The position numbers and the translations under genes were made by a program. Positions 57,358 through 64,000 of a DNA stretch of 64,000 bases are shown here, one piece after another. Within the stretch, counting starts at the first letter, position 1; each line of letters opens with the position of its first letter. This stretch comes from Octopus vulgaris (lineage: Eukaryota). The stretch is from the NCBI GenBank assembly GCA_951406725.2, contig OX597820.1, positions 69,006,001-69,070,000 on the forward strand, given 5' to 3'. The notes under the pieces are model-generated. The model was not told the DNA's origin and made no database searches. It saw only the letters and a program-made list of their open reading frames with translations.

Positions 57358-58043
57358 CGATGATGGTGATGATGATGGTGGTGATGATGATGATGGTGGT
57401 GGTATGGAGAAGAACGTGTAGTAATGATGTTGGTTAGAAAACGAAGAGCCAGAACTTGGCATTCATTTGCATGCAAAAATGATGGTGGTTTTGGTGCCAG
57501 TGATGACAGTCGGTGGTGAGTTGGGCTGGGGTTTGCTCTGTATTCTTCCTTCATGGGACCCTAATGTTAGTAACAGCAGTATCTTTGTTTGACGTATGCA
57601 CTAAACAGCACTATTCTTTTGTGTGTATGCATTGTATGCAGAAGTGTGCGCACTCAAATGCACACACACACAGCCATAAACACGCACACACAGACATGTA
57701 TATATATATATATATATATATATATTTGCATACATCATACATCTTGCATGCACACAACTTTTGTCAATATCAGATAACAATATGAAAAATAAAATACTAA
57801 AATAATAAATTGAAAATAATATAAAATTATATTTTATATATTTATATACTGTTTCTCTCATTTATAAAGACAAAGATATTATACACATATGTACGCATAC
57901 ATAATGCATATATATATTATCAATCTTTCTATATGTGTGTATATTTATACACATATACACACACATTCATATATATATATATATATATCTGTATAAGTAT
58001 ATGCTTGCGTGACGTATATCTATCAATCTATCATCTATCTATG

Positions 58044-58112
<69 letters not shown>

Positions 58113-58359
58113 ATCTACATATATCCATACACGCTGAAAATAAATTCAAAGCAAAACATCCAGTTCTCAGTTAATTTTAAAATTAATTAGTGAAGTATAG
58201 GGAGCCCTAATGTTTTTATTAAGTGATTTTTAATATAGCCTATGTAGGATTTCATTTTTAACTGGATGGGGAAGATCACGTGTCTTCATTTTAATTTAAT
58301 ATATGTTATAAATTAAATTTTACCTCGTGTTTTCATTATTACATTATATTTATAGGAAC

Positions 58360-58414
<55 letters not shown>

Positions 58415-58481
58415 TCGTTAAAAATAATATCAACAACTACAGGAACATTATCATAATATTTTCTCCGACAAAAAGTAAAGC

Positions 58482-58539
<58 letters not shown>

Positions 58540-58648
58540 GTTTTTGTTGTTGTTTTTATAGTGTATACCAAAATATATACATAGTCATTTGTAATGAAGT
58601 CGTTCATATATATATATATGTGTGTGTGTGAGTAGATATATATAAGTA

Positions 58649-58684
<36 letters not shown>

Positions 58685-58686
58685 TA

Positions 58687-58810
<124 letters not shown>

Positions 58811-58824
58811 CATACATATACAGA

Positions 58825-59231
58825 GGCGTAGGCGTGGCTGAGTCGTAAGAAGCTTGCTTTCCAACCATATGGTTCTGAGTTCAGTTTCTACTGCATGGCA
58901 CCTTGGGCAGGTATCTTCTACTATAGCCTCTAGTCGACAAAAGCTTTGTGAGTGGATTTGGTCGACGGAAATTGGGAGAAGCCCGTCGCATATATATATA
59001 TATATATATATATATACACGTATATATTTTATGTATGTGTCTTTGTGTCTGTGTTTGTCACCCCACCATTACTTGACAACCGTAACTTAGTGGTTCGTCA
59101 AGAGAGGCCGGTAGAATAAATACCAGGCTTACAAACAATAAGTTTGAGGGTCGGTTTCTTCGACCAAAAGGCGGTGCTCCAGCATGGCTGCAGTCGAACG
59201 ACTGAAAAATAAAAGAATAAAATAAAGAAAA
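58825..59231 (+). mobile_element. SINE family A, full length
   Basis: GGCGTAGGCGTGGCTGAGTCG head and tail CAGTCGAACGACTGAAAA. Confidence 0.9.
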
Positions 59232-59295
<64 letters not shown>

Positions 59296-59570
59296 TTGTG
59301 TTTGTATATATGTGTCAGATACAAAATCAGGCAAAAAAAAATCGAGACTTGATTACTATTATAACAGGATACATCAGTCAACATTACTCCGAGTTTCACG
59401 CATCTAATATTTGAACAGCAGGCTTTGTGTATATACGTATAACACACCGAGATGCATATAAACACTCAACAACCATAAACACAAAACGCAACCGCACATT
59501 CGCACACTTATGTATCAGGCAAACGCATTCAAGCATTAAGGTGAGAAGCGATCTCAGAACCGTTATCCAA

Positions 59571-59612
<42 letters not shown>

Positions 59613-60277
59613 CACACACACATACACACACATCATACACACAAACACACACACACACACAGGCGCACACGCACACACAAACGCATTGTTCCGCCTCGAC
59701 ATCATTGTCTTCCTCCTCCTCCTTCAAGTCACCTTTCCCCTCTGCCTTCCCTATTTTGTCACTCCAACCCCTGTCTATTGTTTTCTCTACTCTTTCTCCT
59801 CCTCTCTGCCTAACCCCCTCCTCCCATCTCGACCTAACATTCATTTTATTTATTCATTTTGCTTTCTTGCTGTCTTTATCTCTTACTCTTCCTCCCTCCT
59901 CGCTATCTCTCTGTTCTTCGCTTGTGTGTGTGTGTATATGTGTGTGTGTGTATGTGTGTGTGTGGGTGTGTGTGTGTGAGTGCGAGCACATCAACTGTCC
60001 TTCATTCTTACTCCCTATCTATGTTACGTATTTTTTTTTCTTCTTCTTCTTCTTTTAACAACCCCTTTCGACCTTGTATTCGCTGTCAAACCCCAATTCT
60101 GCAACTACCATAATTGACCACGGTCGGTCGGTCGGTATAACCGACATGGTGGGGGGGGAGGGCACATCAGCCGACGACAACAACAGCAACGACAACAACA
60201 ACCAAAATAACAAAAAAAACACAACAACACCAATGACAAATACAACAAGAACACAACAGCAATTTCTGTAACTACTA

Positions 60278-60331
<54 letters not shown>

Positions 60332-60649
60332 AGTACTACTGCTGCCCACCCTTATGATGCTGCCACCTCCACTAGCACCACCAAAACTACTACACCGCCA
60401 CCACCCCATCACGGCCGTTGATGATGTTAGTAACGAGAAGTGAAGAGAAAGACAAGAGCGTCTACAAGAAGAATAACAACAACAATGATAAGAATGATAT
60501 ATCAGCCATATGGGAAGATTCGGAGCATAATACAATAAAGAATATGACTATATGTCATACATATCACACACACACACACACACATATATACATGTAAATG
60601 CACACACACACTCACATATAATATGCACATATGATGTATACATAGATAC

Positions 60650-60686
<37 letters not shown>

Positions 60687-61137
60687 GTGCATAAACATAT
60701 GAATATAAACGTGATGTATATACATATAGATACATACATTATATATATGTCTACATCATATATATATATACATATATATGTATAGATATATATACATCAT
60801 ATATACATATATGTATATGTATAAATCAAATATATATATATATATATATCATATATTTATATACATGGCATATATATATATATACATCATATACTTATAT
60901 ACATCATATATTTATATATATCATATATATATAAATATACATCATATATTTATATACATCATATATATACAAATCATATTTTTGTATACATCATATATAT
61001 ATATATATACATACATCATATATTTATATGCATCCTATATATATATACATATATTTAGATACATCATATATATATATATATCATATGTATATTCATCATA
61101 TATTTATATACATCATATATTTTTATACCTCATATGC

Positions 61138-61175
<38 letters not shown>

Positions 61176-61192
61176 TACATGTATACATCATC

Positions 61193-61395
61193 TACTACAC
61201 GTGGACTGTTGGCGAATTTTTCCCCCCTTCCTTTTCTTTTGGACTTTCCTATATTTCCTGTTTCCGAAGAAGAGCTTTGCTCGAAATGTAAAACACCCAT
61301 TCTTTCTTTCCTTATCTGAGCGTCTTATTAATACTTTGCATGTACCTCGGCCTCGCGTTGTTTATTTTTTGTCTTTTTTCGATTTAATTTATTAA
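61193..61395 (+). mobile_element. Penelope-like terminal repeat fragment in TA-rich low-complexity DNA
   Basis: Unique island organised like 22828-23085 around a hammerhead-like motif. Confidence 0.6.
61259..61295 (+). ncRNA. Minimal type-I hammerhead-ribozyme-like motif
   Basis: UGUUU CCGAAGA A GAGC-uuu-GCUC GAAA ug UA AAACA. Perfect 5-bp stem I and 4-bp stem II. Confidence 0.65.
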
Positions 61396-61645
61396 TTACA
61401 TACACATACATACACTCGCACACACACATATATATATACGTCATATATATATATGCATGCATCATATATAAACATCATATATATATATATGCATGCATCA
61501 TACATATACATCATATATATATATATATATATATACACATCATATATATATGCATCATATATATATATATCTATATATATATATATATATACATCATATA
61601 TATATGCATCATATTTATATATACATTATATATATATATGCATCT

Positions 61646-61682
<37 letters not shown>

Positions 61683-61754
61683 ATACATCATATATACATA
61701 CATTATACACATATATATACATCATATATATACATTATATATATACATATACAT

Positions 61755-61801
<47 letters not shown>

Positions 61802-62099
61802 CCTATCATATATACATGTATATGCATCTAATATATAGAAATACATAAAATATATAATGAATATCGTTTATTTATGATATGCAAATAAACCTACGCAGAC
61901 ATATGTAATATATAGATACACACACATACACACGTATATGGAGAGGTACGGAGCAAAGCAGGAAGAACATAGATAAGACATCAACAACAATAGCAGTAAA
62001 TAAAAAAGAATAACAACAATAATTTTAATAATTTTATTTTGTTTGTATTTGCCACAGGGACGACTGATAGAGAGACATTAGAAGAGTAAATTGCAACAT

Positions 62100-62149
<50 letters not shown>

Positions 62150-62159
62150 GATAATAATA

Positions 62160-62212
<53 letters not shown>

Positions 62213-62501
62213 AATAATATTAATAATAATAATAATAACAACAACAACAACAGCAACACCAACTACAACGCCACCAAGATTTTGAGCGTGTGAGGTTGTG
62301 ATAAGCGTCATTATATTTCGTTAGAGATAATCCTCCGCTAATCCCTACCACCAACCCCCATCTTACAGATAATTACTGAAACCACCAATAACTCTTAGAC
62401 CACACACACACACACACACACACAGACACACACATACTCGTTCACAGCCGCTGCTGACAACAAAATTAGCTCCAGTATTTATTTTTACTGCTGTTTATTT
62501 C

Positions 62502-62540
<39 letters not shown>

Positions 62541-64000
62541 TTGCAGCCATCACATTTTTATCTTTGTTTCTTTCTTTCGTTTTCATTCGTCATTTCCATC
62601 TTCTTTTGTATTCACTTTCTCATGTCACTTCTTCGTCATTTGCTTTTTCTTCTTTTCTCTTTCCCCACCTTCCTCTCATTAACCCTCTTTTACCTCTGCT
62701 ATACTTCGTTGTCCCACACTGAATTCTTGCTATACCTCTTTCCCATAGTTTTTCAATTGAGAACTTTTTAAGGTAAACGAAATGTTTTGTGGTCGATAAT
62801 TTATTAGAAATGGCGGGCATTTCTTCTATAAATCACGCCCTACTGTTTTTGAGGATAGAAAAATGGATATTCAATGTATTATGATAAACATTTTGAGTAA
62901 AAAAAAAAAAATTAAATGAAGACAAAAAGACAAATAGTCATAGCTAGATTACAATTCATCTGCAAAATTCAAAATCGCCGGAATCGTTAGCATCATCACG
63001 AACAGTTGTAAAACGTTTACATTGACAACCATCTGCAATCAGTCCTCGGATCACCATCATTCTTTATGTAATCATTGTTCCTATTATCATTGAAACAGAA
63101 TATATCAAAAATGAAAGCATCCATTTATAACAGATGAATACAGAATATAATTCAATAGAAATAACTTTAAACCAGTTACGGATGTAGCACTATTAAGAAA
63201 TACGAACCAAGGCTAACTGACACGTGAAAATACAAATCAATGCTTTCTTAACCAGTCATTAATGATCTCTAAACCAACACTGAAGCAATTATCTAACATA
63301 TAGAATTTACCTCCACATAAACAAACATAAACATCGTGTGTAAACGCTGTGTAGGTATAGCGAAAGGGAAACTTAAATAACAACACATCAATCATATTTC
63401 TTCCTTTATAAATGTATAAGCAAATGGCTAGGCAACAAAACTTCATTTATTCTAAGAATTTCAATATGTTACAATATTTGTTATCAGAAGGACGATTCCT
63501 GAAAGATGCATAACATACAAGAATTGCCAAAATCCCGTACAGTTTGCATACCTGGGAAGGGAATCATGTTCACGAATTCAGTAAGCGCACATTATTTTAA
63601 TGTCAGATCAGAAATATTCATCAGTTGTCGCCACTTCGATAAATATCTACAAAAAACAATGGTAGATTATACAGCTACATAAAATCATTACTTAACTATA
63701 TTTCATAAGGAATAGTGGATTATTTCTGTCGCTTCTAGATTAAGACTCACTGTCACTCTTCCACGCTTAACAATCACTATTATTTATGCTGTCCAATATT
63801 GCCTGTAACTTACTATATAACCTATCTATACACTCGTTGTCCTTTTCATAACTTTAATTAACGTCGTAACTGTACTATTTAATATTATCCCACTTTTCAG
63901 TCACTCTTCATAGATTTTCTTTCCTAGTCAATGTGTGCAAACCCAAGGGGAATAACTTACCCCTAACAATCAATATCATTATGTAATATGTTAAGAATCT

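Noticed and set aside
63595-63625. C/D snoRNA boxes (TGATGA and CTGA) on the minus strand
   Set aside because: The boxes are only a few nucleotides apart, with no room for a guide or terminal stem.

Overview
AT-rich, repeat-dominated eukaryotic DNA. The SINE set and microsatellite load look like an octopus/cephalopod genome (inference). I cannot support any intact host protein-coding gene, rRNA, tRNA gene or CRISPR array. Nearly all ORFs in the track are translated microsatellites ([12 protein letters not shown], poly-I/N/K). What is supported: (1) at least four tRNA-headed SINE families in many copies, several with clean 12-16 bp target-site duplications (TSDs); (2) fossil autonomous elements: a CR1/L2-group LINE 3' end, an R4/Dong-type RT relic split by a mariner MITE and a SINE, a DD37D (maT) transposase relic, an RTE C-terminus and a Penelope-like ORF N-terminus; (3) several unrelated minimal type-I hammerhead-ribozyme-like motifs with variant cores, some inside asymmetric inverted-repeat Penelope-like termini, which are the most interesting signal; (4) a SINE/LINE shared 3' tail whose stem-loop covaries; (5) local duplications; (6) weak, unconfirmed promoter and splice signals in the TE-poor right half. 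Family names come from remembered motifs and need database confirmation. Boundaries of degenerate copies are approximate.
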